A stretch of DNA of 64,000 bases. It comes from Toensbergia leucococca. Taxonomy: Eukaryota. Below the pieces are notes generated by a model. The model did no database searches. It saw only the letters and a program-made list of their open reading frames with translations, and had not been told where the DNA came from. The stretch lies in the NCBI GenBank assembly GCA_022813965.1, contig JALDZS010000011.1, positions 62,001 through 126,000 on the forward strand, in the 5' to 3' direction. Both the position numbers and the translations under genes were made by a program. Shown here piece after piece: positions 23,501 to 36,239 of this stretch (its first letter is position 1; the number at the start of each line of letters is the position of its first letter).

Positions 23501-24050
23501 GCTGTCCGGATGTTTCAAGACGACCATAGTATACAAGTTGTGTTGGTGTCGATCTCGTGCGGTGGTGTGGGGTAAGAAGGAATGTTTCTGTCGAAGGTGA
23601 AGTACTTCGCTGATTGCGGTTCATCAGATTGGATCTTACAGCAGCTTCACGAGCATATCTCTTGGAACCGCAATGGAATCCTCAAATGGAAGAGCAGGCT
23701 CTTTGTAGAATCCATCGCATAGGACAGACAAAAGACGTCACGACGATCCGATACATAATGAACGGCTCCTTTGAGGAAGTATGTCAAGTTTCTTCGCTAG
23801 ATTATTATACTGATTCTCTATTTTCCTACTACTTGCCTCTCAATGTTATTCGTCTCACGTACTAACAATTCACAGAAAGTCATCGTGATCCAGGATCGGA
23901 AAAAGGACCTGGCAAATCTGACCTTCTCTAACGCAAGACTATCAGAGGAAGATGTGGGTGCCGGTCGGCTTCAGGTAATATGACGCAGGATTCAATTTCC
24001 ACACATTCTATTCTGACACAAGATAGTATCTACGAGCAGCGCTAGGGTAG
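20525..24050 (+). CDS. SNF2-family helicase/ATPase (Rad5/Rad16-like) with a Cys-rich RING-like insertion, multi-exon
   Basis: Motifs GGLLADQMGL|GKS, TTLLVVP, WHRVVLDE|AH, SGTPIQN, SVVFSYW, RLDGQMS, GGVG|LDLTAASRAYLLEPQWNP and EQALCRIHRIGQ. Insertion CAGC...C..HCGPCVSRC. Last exon YLRAALG* ends at 24050. I found no disabling mutation. Confidence 0.92.
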
Positions 24051-24567
24051 GGCTAAGAGTTTAAGAGTACTGCAAAGCTCTATCGAATTATCACCATGAG
24101 ACGCTGTCTAATCGCTAGCTAGAAGAACAGAAGACTCATACCCTGTCACTTTTAGTCTTCGGGCATCTAGCTCCCTATCAAGCTCCGAGTCCTTGGGCTT
24201 CTACTCCAATGTACTAACGACAGGGTATGATACTATCACTCACCTAGATATTGAAACATCGTCACTATCTCTCTTCATCACGCGCCCTTTGCTTGTTGTT
24301 CCGCTCCGCCCTGTCACTTTCTTTGTCTCTGATTTTGCATAGCTCTGTCTTCATAGCATATCGCTCTCCTCTGATCTAATACTCTTTGTTCGCCATTGTT
24401 CATGCCATTTACCAAGTCCAAAACAACGTAGATTTCTATTCTCTTTCTTCATGTCTCCAAGCTCAGTCTCCTCACTCTCATGAACTGACCCCTTACTCTC
24501 GGTCAAAGCAGCCAACGATATCCATTTCAACACAAGAAGATTCGAGAATCAAGGACCAGCAGCCACT

Positions 24568-25171
24568 ATGTGTATGGAAGACATCCAACTATGGTAGTGC
24601 ACCTACATCCTCAGAAGACAATTATTTGTTTGCGAGCGAGACTGTGCAAGCCCGATTCCGCTGCCAGTGGCTCGCTATGTCACCTATGAAGTATGTCCTC
24701 GCTGTGAGGGCTGTGGATTTAAATACCGAATTTTCGATGACTCGGAGAAAAAGTCACCCTCCAAGACGAAGATTTTCAAGGAGTACACTAAGACAAAGAC
24801 TGTGCAGGGAGAGATCTCCAAGGAAATAACCATTGAGCTCTCCTCCACTGAGAATCTCACCCCGAACTATCCCGAGGCCGTCGAACTAGACAGGGGCAAG
24901 GAGAGAATACCAGATAGCAGCGACGATAGTGTAGACAGTAACGACGGCAGATCACCCGGCAGTGATGACAGTGCCAGTTCTAATGGTCATAGTCACAAGG
25001 ACGAGGAAGAGTTTCTTGCCCGCAGCCAAAACCGTGCTAGAACGGGCGACGACTCTGATTATAAGCAGGGCAAGGAATTTTCGTAGAGTTCAGATGACTC
25101 CTTCGACGATGATGCCGAAATGCTCGACCTTGACTAGGTACATCCACTACCCGTCTGCCCGAGACATTGAG
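24568..25171 (+). pseudogene. Small Cys/His zinc-binding protein family, copy A (disrupted), acidic tail
   Basis: MCMEDIQLW*CTYILRRQLFVCERDCASPIPLPVARYVTYEVCPRCEGC. TAG at 24595-24597 and Tyr in place of the His. The acidic tail continues through a TAG at 25084-25086. Confidence 0.65.
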
Positions 25172-26169
25172 TAAGGAAGCAAGTGAAAACTTCTCTGTTC
25201 TTAGTAGAAATATCCGGGTATATCTGTTTTGTTGGGCATAACCTTAGTCTCGAAATCCGGGATTCTTTCTTTCCCAACAATACGAAATATGTTCCTACTG
25301 TGATATTATATACATATATAATCGTTGCGGTTATGTTAATGCCACTGAGGGATTCTGTATGAAGTCACATAAGGATCAGTCTGTGGAAGAGGATCACTCA
25401 TCTTGAGTCGCAGACAGATAGCCTACCTTGTGCATAGAAGGTCCTGGAAAGCTTTAGGTCTCGGTACCGAGCATGGAAACATCCAGGTCCTAGTGGGCAC
25501 GATTTCGAGCTTCCAAAATTTGGTCTTTCGGCCATTTTTTGAAACCGGTAGCTTAGGGGTAACGTTTGATGAGATCTGACGGATGAAGTCTAAGGAAGTC
25601 ATGGATGGCGGTCTACAACCCAGCTACGGATGACAAGGAAATGAAGTCATGCTCTCGATCTGCTAGTGCGTCTCCCGCCAGAAGACTACCAACAAATTCT
25701 GAAAAGAGTGATGTCTATAGCGCCGAGGTCTTGGCCAGAGAATAAGTTAGCTCTCTGACTCACGGCGGGCAGCATCGCATGCTGCTGTCCGCCTATTTCT
25801 TATTACTCAGAACTCTCTCATGCACAAATAGTTGCTATTGTGCTCTGTTCATCTTTCTAAGCTCCCTGTTAAGCATTGTTCAAGCTGACACTTATCTTCT
25901 GTTACCGGTCTCCTCTGTTGAGGTTCACATTCATCTCTTTGTTCAGTATTGTTCATACTGACCTTAATCCTCAGAGAAAACATGTAGACCTTCTCTCTTA
26001 CAACATCTTTTCTTCTCCTTTCCAACACCTAATACCATCACAGATCAAGCCCCTTCAAAGTCTTGAGTGCATCTGCTCACTCTTTCTACAATACAAATCC
26101 TACGCCTGCAACACCTACTCCCATACCACCCATCCGAAACCAAGGCAACAATACACAACATCAGTCAAA

Positions 26170-26424
26170 ATGTGCCTCAGAGAAATTGACCTCTACGCCT
26201 GCGGCCACGCAAAGGCCATCAAAGCACTGATTCGCTGTGGCAAATTACTGCCCTGTGCCAGATCGCCGCACAAGACAGAGGTCGTGACTAGAGACTTGTG
26301 TCTCAAGTGCAGGCGCTACGGGCTAGGACCTCTGAAAAGGCTGTTTCTTCTTTTGCGATGGGAAACGCCTCCGAGATGTAGGCCGCCGAGAAGAAGCTGC
26401 TTTCGGAGGAGGAACCAACGTTGA
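26170..26424 (+). CDS. Small Cys/His zinc-binding protein family, copy B (84 aa)
   Basis: aaaATG context; MCLREIDLYACGHAKAIKALIRCGKLLPCARSPHKTEVVTRDLCLKCRR. The tail may be frameshifted. Confidence 0.65.
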   Translation: MCLREIDLYACGHAKAIKALIRCGKLLPCARSPHKTEVVTRDLCLKCRRYGLGPLKRLFLLLRWETPPRCRPPRRSCFRRRNQR

Positions 26425-26890
26425 AGGCACTGGTGAGGGTGGTGTTGATGAAGAGGAGTTGTTGGTGAATGGGAGTTGCTGGTGGAGGTTGCGAGGGAGA
26501 TTTTGGATGGTCATGGTATGGCGTACTTTATAGATGAGTCGGTGGCGGGAGATACTGGTCCCTGCTTCCTTATGTTTAGCACAAACATACGTCACGTTGC
26601 TGTTCCGCTCTCCTCAGCTCGGTTATTTGCTCTCTATCACATTGTCCATCCTGGTTCAGGTGCATTTCTGACTTTTTGTTGAGCATTGTTCGTCCTTAAC
26701 TCCCTTTTTCCTGAAGCTATATAAACTCTTTCCTCTTCTCTTCTCTCAGATAAATTTCTTTTCTTCTTAAATCACACACTTACAAGTTTAAAATGCATTA
26801 AGAATTTTGTCCAATCAGTACTGAATTTAGCACATGCGCCTTTAAAATCAAGACATTAGTCTCTCAGAATTAAGACTTCTATCAATTAAC

Positions 26891-27350
26891 ATTAGTCTTG
26901 AATAATAAAATCTGTGCTCATGTGGTTATATCTCAACGGCAAAAATCGTGCTCTGATGCGTGATAAAGAAGTCATTAGCAAGAAACTTTGCTTAAAGTGC
27001 TGATCATGCTGATATTTAGTCACATCCCTGACGATAGAGAATCTGCCGCTGACTTCTCTGGCGATGAAGACTCTGTCTCTGCATTATCCAAGGCTGAAGA
27101 ACCTATAACTGAGAAGGTATCAATCTCTGAAAATAAGCTTGCGGTAACGCCACCCACCGTCATCAAAAACGCACATTTTTAATCTGACTATGGGAGTGAC
27201 AATGACAGTGATGACAACGCCTCTAATGCTTCTGATGAGGACGACACCCACGGCGCCGACAACAATGATAACTCCGGAGACTCTGAATTCGAGAGTAGCG
27301 CCAGTGACGCAGACAGTGAGTCTACCACCAGCGACTACTCATCAATGTCT
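26891..27350 (+). pseudogene. Small Cys/His zinc-binding protein family, copy C (heavily decayed), acidic tail
   Basis: ISLE**NLCSCGYISTAKIVL*C matches copy B in register over 23 codons. After a frameshift it reads DKEVISKKLCLKC*SC*, then D/S-rich remnants. Confidence 0.55.
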
Positions 27351-27666
27351 CATCCTCATCATTGTTCTCTTATTCTCTTTCTCGTTGTCTCTGTCTCATC
27401 AAACTCACCCTCCCCCCTCTCTCAAAGACGTCTCCTCAAATATCAAAAAAACGTTCACATTCCTTCTCTTCTCTTCATTCAAACAAATCACCTCTCAACA
27501 AATCACCGTTCATCCAATCTTCACATCAACCCTCAAAACCTAAATACCCTCAACACAAATCAAAAGTCACTTGATCTTCTCCCACAAACCAATCAACCAA
27601 CTAAACCACCCCCCACACAACTCGTCACTCAGTACACCCACCTCAAACCCAATTCGAAAAAAAAAA

Positions 27667-28206
27667 ATGTGCATCCGCGAACTCGACCTCTACGCCTGCA
27701 CCCACATCCGCCTCACCCGATGGGCCTATCTCTGCAGCCCCACCAGACGCCACCTATGCGACCGGCCGCTCGCAAAGCGCCAAATCGTGACCCAAGAACT
27801 CTGTCGTGACTGCAGACGCAAGAACGAAGCAGCGGCGCGGCGGCGCGATCCCGTCTCCCAGTCCGGGACAGCAGGCAAAGTGGCATCCGCGAGTAAGGAA
27901 GAAGCCGGCCCCGGTAGATACGCTGTCGGCAAGGGGCGAGCTTTCAGAGACTCTGCTACCCGGAAGCCTGCGCAGGAGAAAGATTCCTCTTTGGGCAGGG
28001 AGAAGGTACGGTTTGCTGATAAGGAGGCTCGCCGCGCTTTTTCGTTCGCTGACTCGGAGTCTGAGCCTGACTTCTGCGCTGATGATGGAGCTGAGGGTGT
28101 GGAGACTGTTGAAGATGATGTGATTGAGACTGAGGGAAAGGTTTTGTTTGTGTGGCCGAGGGAGGAGGGGAAGGAAGGGGTGAGGGGTGGTAGGAGGGAG
28201 ATCTAA
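27667..28206 (+). CDS. Small Cys/His zinc-binding protein family, copy D (179 aa)
   Basis: aaaATG context; MCIRELDLYACTHIRLTRWAYLCSPTRRHLCDRPLAKRQIVTQELCRDCRR, then a basic-to-acidic disordered tail containing KVRF. Confidence 0.75.
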   Translation: MCIRELDLYACTHIRLTRWAYLCSPTRRHLCDRPLAKRQIVTQELCRDCRRKNEAAARRRDPVSQSGTAGKVASASKEEAGPGRYAVGKGRAFRDSATRKPAQEKDSSLGREKVRFADKEARRAFSFADSESEPDFCADDGAEGVETVEDDVIETEGKVLFVWPREEGKEGVRGGRREI

Positions 28207-28901
28207 GATTGAGAAGATCTTCGGTGGCTTGAGGAAGAGGAATGGGAGTTATGAATGAGAATTGAGTATGCGCAGGTGGTGGTTTGAGGGGGAAGGTTTG
28301 ATTAGGGTAGGGTTTGCTGGGTGGTGATTGTGGGAAGGTGGAAGATGTTTGGTTGTTGCGAGGAAGGAGAAGAGGGGGAGGGGGAGAGGAGAGGAGGTTT
28401 CACGTTTTCTGTGTCACGCGCCTTGGTTTTGCAGAAGTGGTTGCGCTGGTGGTAGGTTGAGCGCGTTGGGAACGATGGATAGTGAAGCCAGTTTTTTGAT
28501 ATGAACGTTAGTCAATTCATTGCTCGGATTTTTCACTGTTCTCTTTGTTCATCACTCTCTTTCTCTTGGATCGGTCTTCCGCTCTTCTTTGTCCCCAAAT
28601 TGCAGTCCCTAGCCCCATTCTGTATACCGACAACACCATTGTCTGGACCTCATAGTCTCATTGTTGACCTTGACAATCTCATTGTTCACTCCTTGAGCAC
28701 ATTGTTCGCTCTCGACTTCCCTCCCGTCCTCGTCCCTGAAATCACTATAAAAGCGAGCCCCTTCGCTTTCTTCTTCCTCATCCCTCACCCCCATCGACTG
28801 ACCAGATCCCCTGGCTTAGAGCCCGAACCTAAGCCCAAGCCAAAGCCAAATCCCAAGCCCAACCCTCCGGAACCTAAAGCAGCGAATCGTTCACTGCCAA
28901 A

Positions 28902-29051
28902 ATGTGCGAAGAATTAAAAACACGCTTTGCCTGTGACCATCTCAAGAACAGCACCATTGAATCCTGCACTAATTTCCCCAACTGCTCCCTGGTCAAGATC
29001 ATACTTTATGTGTATCAAGACTGTGAAGCATGCAAGGGAAAGATCCCGTAG
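28902..29051 (+). CDS. Small Cys/His zinc-binding protein family, copy E (49-aa microprotein, below the ORF-track cutoff)
   Basis: aaaATG context; MCEELKTRFACDHLKNSTIESCTNFPNCSLVKIILYVYQDCEACKGKIP*, with TAG at 29049-29051. Confidence 0.65.
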   Translation: MCEELKTRFACDHLKNSTIESCTNFPNCSLVKIILYVYQDCEACKGKIP

Positions 29052-29481
29052 GTGATCGTTTTGAGGTAATTGTGACCTTGCCCACCTGCTGCTCGCGTTT
29101 GCGGTTGAATATCGTGGAATGCGACTCGTGGATGGGTAAACGTGTCGATGCTTGCTTGCTTTACTGGTATCGGTGACGAGTTTCGGGCATGGCTGCGGAG
29201 TTGAAAGGATAGACGGGGTAAGTATCAGCATGGTGAGGGAGTTTTTGCTTTGAGAGGGTGTGGCGAGTACGACTGGATACGCCTTTGGGAACATCAATGA
29301 AAGTTTCTGTATGCCACCGCTGTTTTTTCTACCAATCGTGAACTCGCAATGATGCTCCGAGTGACCATTAGTAACGACTCTAAAATGTTCCAAAAAGAGC
29401 CCCAAAGCCTTCTTTGTCGATTGATGCTGTAAGACTTTGAATGCCTCTCAAGCCTTTTCGATTAATGTTATACTAAGTTTG

Positions 29482-32400
29482 TCAGAGCATCACCAATATC
29501 ACACAAATAATCACACCAGATATCAAGAACACCATGTTTGGAAAAGAAGTCATCGGCTGCCCTCCCGCGAAAGAGTCTGTTGCTCCAATTGAGGTTGGCG
29601 TTGATGGACCAATTCTACCAAATCCAGACATGATGACTGCTCCGAATCCCTGGCTTGTGCTTGCCATTAGTGGTATTGTCCTAGTACCAATGACCAGAGC
29701 CCCTGATGGTGCAAGAGAGATGATCGTGCCATCAACCGTTATTGCCATACCGCCAGGTACAATTATACTGTCACTACCGACTCTGAATCCCGTTGGGTTT
29801 GCGGTAATGACTTCTGTGCCAACACTGAAAACAGAAGTGGGAAAGGTGACTAGAAAAGTGCTTGAACCTATGACCAAGCCAGATAGAGCCACTGAGATTG
29901 GTGTACCAGAAATAGTTGTGCCAGACCCACCTTCGCGCAGGGTCGCGCCGGCAACAACGAAACCACCCGTTTCTGGAGTGAAAGTCTGTCCGTCAATCGT
30001 TAAAGGGATGACACTAGCGGAAGGGAGCAATTGTATCGTGGTGCTGCCGATAACAAGCATGGATGAGCCAAATCCTATGAGCGTTCTGGATGTGTAGGAC
30101 GGCGCCATGGCAATACCAGGTATTGTGAAAGCCGTGGGGATGGCGGTAAACGTTTGTCCTCCCACAGTAAAGACAGCTCCAGAGTCGGTATCAGACCCGG
30201 CGCCTGCAGATGGTAGTGGGAAAGTATTCAAGCCAATCGCAAGAGTTCCTGAATGGGCCAAACTAATTACGGTTCCAGATATCGTCACACCAGGTCCACC
30301 AGCCGAGATTGTTGTTCCACTAATGGAAAAGGCAGTTGGGTTTGCTGTGAAGATCTGATCTCCGACACTGAAAATCGAAGGCGTGGGCAACTCCATGGTA
30401 GTACCTCCAATAACAACTTTGCCAGAGGGCGCAACGCTCACAGGCGTACCAGAAATCAGGATTTGAGAACCGCCTGCAGATATTGTCGTGCCTGCGATAG
30501 CAAAGGCCGTTGCGGCAGCCTGATTTAAGTTGTTCCCAACTTTAGTAGGTTGTACTATCTTGGAAGAAATCACAAGATAAGTGCTCGTGCCTATAATAAG
30601 ACCCGAGGAGCCTAGGGACACTGGAATACTGCTTATGGTGATAGCAGCAGCCCCAGAAGAGACGACGTTACTACCAACCAAAACTGCCCCATCAGGACCG
30701 ATAGACACTGTTTGCCCACCAACATTTATTTGCGTAGGACCGGGAGCTTGCTGTGATACGGGAAAGAATGTGAGACCTTCGGCAATAACTTGGTTGGGAC
30801 CCTTCTGCTGCTGTCCATTGACGTTCATTGACACTGGCTCCGGATCAGTACCGGCGTATATAGAACCAGATTTGTATGCTACCGGAATTGTGCCTATTGT
30901 TTTACTCGGTCCATTTTCTGTAAGGGTTTGCCCTTGAACAATTACTGCGTTGCCACCCAGTGTTTTGGATATTTGGTTTGTCTGGACCTGAGATTGAGGG
31001 TCTGGAGGATTTACTGTCGGCGCGGGAGCAGTACCAGTAGTAGTTGGAGGACTTGGTGGGCTAAGACGGGTTGTTGGAAAATTAAAGGATTTAGCTAGAT
31101 CGCCCAGGTCAATCTCTGATGCTCCGTTGGAGGTTTCCGGGTCATATGATGAGCTCCGAGGACTACCAGAGAGCACTTCTACCGTTGTGAGATACTCAGG
31201 GCCCGACAAAAAAAAAGACACTGTCAAAGAACCGATATTCGGTATATCAGTATTACTGGATAGTGCTTCTGATGTTGTCGAGGAGATCAAAGGCCCTACT
31301 TCAGTTGGGACGGCCGAGGGTCCTGGGGGTGCAATCTGCGAACCTGATGCAGCAGTAGTGACCATCTGGAATGTAGAATCTGTTGGAACAGGAAGACCTT
31401 GTACGACCGGACCAGGATCTGCTGATATTGAGATCGGATCACTATCCTGACTGCTCGTTGAGAGGACGAGAACGGAGACTGGAGTCATAGCCCTTGGGGG
31501 ATCATATCCTTGGTACATGTCTGCCATGCAGGAGCTCCACGCTGGATCATAAGCTAGGAGTTTTGAAGGCGCTGCAAGATTTGGATGATAAGCACCTTGC
31601 GGGTCTCCCATATCATCATACCAGTTTTCAGCCTCTACTGATAATGGTGGACAGGGTAAATCGCCAAAGTCGAAGCTCTTTGGGGTAAAGTCAGCTTTAT
31701 ATAGAGTTGTGGACAATTCCCCAGGCGCGAAGATCATCCTCACAGAGTTGTAGGTTGATCCTACCTGCCCACATGCATTGGAGGCAGACACGTCACCGAA
31801 ATCCACATACACAGATGGTGATACGCTTTGCAAGTGATCAATATTGTATTTTACTCAACTCAAAGAATGGTAAAACATACATAGTGGTCCCTTCAATAAT
31901 CGCGAAGCTTTCCAGAGAAAAGTTGCCATTACGAACTATAACCTCATTCAAGGTCATTCTGGCCTGCAACGTAGTTAGAGGCGGCTCAGGTTCCACCCAT
32001 TTATTCAGACCATGATGAACTGAATTTGAGCCCATGTTCAACGTTTTCAAAGCACGTCGATTTTTGCGACCTTGATAATCAGGGTAATACGAAGAATTTG
32101 TGAGGCAGGCGGTGTTTGCATCCGGAACTGGCCAGTAGAAGACCTGAATATTGTTGAAATATATATTGCATTGGCCACAGCACACTTGATCGATATCTGC
32201 AGAAGCCCAAGTGGCCGTCTGATAAGGATATGTAAAAGTTGAAGGACCACTAAATGTCATAAGATCACCATTCACTTTTGTAAAAGTCGTTGACCCGATT
32301 GCGACGATGGTTTCCACGTCGACTTCTGTCGTAGATGAGAAAGCATCAGGGTGTGCAGAAATGTAGCTCGCAGTGCAGGCAGGTAGTCTTGCAAAACTTG

Positions 32401-33509
32401 CTTGTTCTGGAGATAGTTCAATTCCATCTTCTCCATACATGCCCTGAGCAGATGCATAGGATGATGCAGCAGCCGCCGCCGAAGACGCTTTTACCGACAG
32501 TGATGAAGCCTCTGCTGCTGGTGTCGAAGATACGAGAATACTATAGGTTGCAATGCTTGTAATTGTTGTCGGCGCTGTACTCGGTGCTGTGATGGTAAAT
32601 GGAGTAGAAAATGCTGGAATATCAAATGTCTGCGTTGTTCCGCTGGGGATTGTGGCAGTGACAGTAACAGTAAAAAAGTCCAAAGTGGAATGGAGTTCCC
32701 CAGTTTTTGTGTTGCTTGAATAGGATTGACTTGAAATGTATAACTCACTGCTCGAAGGGGGGAGTGAAGAGTCTACAGTCGCCGAAGATGTCGAGGAGGG
32801 AGTAAAAGATATCGAGCGCAAGGCACTTGAAGATATCGCGAGGTCTTCAAAGGTAGATTGTACCGATTTGCTTGACGGCAATGAAAGACTTGATATGAAA
32901 GAAATGTCAGAAATAAAGGCAGAGCTGCTAGGTGATATAAGTAGTTGAGATGAAGGTACAACTGAAGCTAAAATAGGAGAAGCGGTCAATGATGAGGATA
33001 CGAAGGAATTCAAGGAGCCCGTAAAGCTTTGAGGTCCCCCATCAGGACCAATCTCAAATGCAGGTAGCCCAGGCAAGTCAAAGACGGCATCCCCTGGAAC
33101 GATTGATGGCAAGCCGACAAGCACGAGTCCATGATGATCGCCGCCGCAAGCAGAGCATCCATACAAGACTGGGAGCACGGTCGAACTGCTGTTTTCAGAC
33201 AGTGATGTTGTGAATATGGTATTACTCGTCCATGCAGGATTTGCGATCTTTGTGCTCCAGATGCCTGGCACATTGGAAATAGTAGTGACAGGAGATATTT
33301 CGTCAGCGGACTGTATTGATTTGGTACTATTGGGCACAAAACTAGATGCTAATGGGGAACGGAACCATCAGCGGTAATCCTACAGAACCCTAAGAGCCGA
33401 GGATGGATCAGGATAGAAGGAGATACAAACCGTCAACAGGGCGCAAATACAATAAGACAAGGATCAAATCAGTGACTCGAGACAACTTCCAAAAGCAACC
33501 ATAGAGCAT
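29482..33509 (-). CDS. Large secreted Ser/Thr-rich cell-wall protein, probably GPI-anchored, with a Cys-containing domain and beta-repeat units
   Basis: Probable signal exon from ATG 33509. Motifs CCGQCNIYFNNIQVFYWP, SPSVYV..NACGQVG, DLPCPP and WSSC..GYDPP. Repeats of the type FTANPTAFSISGTTISAGGPGVTISGTVISL. Hydrophobic C-terminus. Intron near 31880-31825. Confidence 0.8.
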
Positions 33510-34739
33510 TTTTGCTGAAAGCCAAGATGAATGTTGTAGAGGACATGTTCCACCTTGTCAGTTGCCCCTCAAGGTGAAGACCCTATCTCTACCATGAAAG
33601 GTCTCACTAGACTTGTGTGACCCGATGCAGGCACACGTCGTGTAATCGCCAGGCTGCATGTCTCATGCAGGCCCGAATTAGCTGCGCACTGATTTTTATT
33701 AGACTGAGCCTCGTCCATTGGGTCGCCTTTACCTACCTGCGATATTCGACTCGCCTCGAAAGGTTCATGCTATGCCACTCAGCCTCGAACACTGACTCGT
33801 TGTGATGCTTTTGTCGCATTAAGGCAACATCGAATTCGATGCTGTGCTCTTATTACTTCAATATTCAGTCTTAGGGCAATAGATCTCTATGCGAAAATGT
33901 ATCCCACCACATCAATTACTCGTGTACAACCACACCCATGTAGTGAAAAGGGCAATTTTACTCGAAATTTTAGACATCAGCTGCAGAGAAGCTTTTAGAA
34001 TATGCTAATTATGGAGACTTGGTTTCAGCCTGACTTTCAAAAAGGACTAGAACAACCAATCATAGCACCGTGTGGCTTTCTTCCAATTCTTGGCTGCATA
34101 CGAGCATAAAAAGGCACGAGACAAATATCTCGCGATGACCACATTATGACTTTTCAGAGGCACAGGAAATCCGTCAGTGGCAGTGTCCTCACAGGTATTC
34201 GGACATTGAGCGTGTGCAGAGTTACAACCAACGAGGAAGATGATCAAATCGCGAAAAGTAGCAGAGGAAAAAATCAGCAGTAGTAGTACTCTTGATCGAG
34301 CCAGTTTTGAGCATGTTTATGGACCTGGACATCGGGCTGGCTCTCATGGCAGTGCCTGCATCGATTTAGATCCGATGGAGGTACAAGGAGAGAGGCTCGG
34401 AAATGCATGAAAAACGGGTTGGCAGTCTAATAGCTGTCATAGCCCAGATTGATCCAATCTTTGTAACGGCTCGTATCATGCGTGTGAGATACTAAAGTGC
34501 ATAGCTCACAGCTTTCATGCAAGCCAATCGCAAAGTAGAGTAAAGTCATTCTTCGAGAATGCCAAAGGCGATCTGAGATACGAATGGACAATTTGACAAT
34601 TACAATACATAAATTACAGAGCTATTACTCAAGCGGGGAACACTCATCTATCACCAATCGACTACAATTTCTCTGTACATGATATCGATCGTCAACTTGT
34701 CGGCTGCGAGGTGTCTCTTCTAATAGCTATCAGGTCAAT

Positions 34740-35869
34740 ATGTCGTATGGACCACGAACTGTTGGCTCCTCTCATTTCGATCCAGATATCTTATTTCAAG
34801 GCTGGCAAGAAAGGCCGCATACCCTTCACCAAGACGACGACCTGGAATCTTCCGTCACCTCAACCTTCAACCTCGACACCAACGATAACTATGTCTATCA
34901 CGCAATCGCCAGCGTCACATTAGCCCAGGTACAAAGTGCTATCAACCATGGAAGTGCCTCGGGATTGCATGCATGGTATTTGGATGAGCACGGGAAGCCG
35001 GTAATCATAAATTTCCCAGCTTCAGTCAAGCCTCGTCCTCTAGCTAGACCATCTAGCTTCCGCCACCTCCGCCAGCAGATATTCTCGCATACACCATCAT
35101 CTTTGCTTCTACCAATTCCACAGCCAAACTCTTGACCAGCCTGGCAGCCAATGCAAAGAAAGGCTCTCTCCGAGCCCGCATCGCAGCCCACCTATCTGCC
35201 AAGCGTCTGCTACCTTCGACTTATACAATCCCAAAGCTGAAGAAACCGCATGTCAACCCATATTTGGACTTTTGGAGCTGGTCATGTCGAAATCTCGAGT
35301 GGGCAGGTCCGGATGAGGAAACGGTGAGTATCAAGACAAGCCACCATATTCTTCCAGTCTTCATGCATCATTTTGGCTGTGTCGTGCCAAGCTATGAGAG
35401 CCTCGAAATTATCAGACAGACTACGAGAAAGAGGACTGTAGTGGAAATAGGAAGTGGCAACGGATACTGGGCATACATGCTTCGCCGAATGGGGGTATCT
35501 GTGGATGCAGTGGATAATATGGAGAGTGAATACCGGACGATGTGGATCGGTGATACTATCTCAAGCGACGGTGTCGGCTATCTCACTAAACAGCCGACTA
35601 GCCGAACTGCTGTCCTTCTGCTTGTCTACCCCATTGTCGGGTCGAATTTCACATCGAGGATACTGGAGACTTACAAAGGCGATACCATTGTCATTGCTGG
35701 GACGCAGAACGGCAATGGATATACAGCATTCAAAGAAAAAACAATAGAGCAGCATGTGGCCGCTGAGATGGTAGAATTTGAGAAGAAGGTCCAGATCGCG
35801 TTGCCATCGTTTGCAGGCAAGGACGAGGCACTTTTTGTATTTGAACGTCGAGCCCGATCAAAGGAGTAG
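34740..35869 (+). CDS. Conserved fungal hypothetical protein with a class I SAM-methyltransferase-like fold, 2 exons
   Basis: Motifs YVYHAIASVTLAQVQ, NPYLDFWSWSC, VVEIGSGNGYWAYML, VDAVDN, LLLVYP and LPSFAGKDEALFVF. Intron gtaatc...ctag at ~35001-35056. Confidence 0.85.
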
Positions 35870-36239
35870 CTCAACATGAATAAAGGGGTAACAAAGAAGC
35901 TATAGTCAGTAAGACATAGATTCTTTTGAAGGCTTCACCTAAAGTATGATAATGAAGCTTCACCAAATCCAAATTACGGCTTCACATATAGATTCAGTGA
36001 AGGTGATAATAGTATATGAATAGGGTTTTGTATTCACTACTCGTACGAATACATTCAATCGGCACGTGCTTGTATTGTGTCTTTTGTCACAACTACCTTA
36101 CCTTACTCCTACTCGTACTCTTACTCTCACATTACACCTCACCTCCAACCACCATCACTACTTCCGAGTCATCCACTCCACTCGCTCTTCAGCTCACAAT
36201 CCAAACCAACATCCATCTACTCATGCTTCAGCTCTCACA

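Noticed and set aside
24595..24597. Premature TAG corrected by A-to-I editing (TAG>TGG)
   Set aside because: Paralogues have Ala rather than Trp here, the conserved His is also lost, and more TAGs occur downstream, which fits decay. cDNA would be needed to exclude editing fully.
28501..28917. 138-aa ORF with PKPKPKPNPKPNP repeat
   Set aside because: A low-complexity hexamer repeat in the probable 5' leader of the 49-aa gene at 28902, which overlaps in another frame and has family support.
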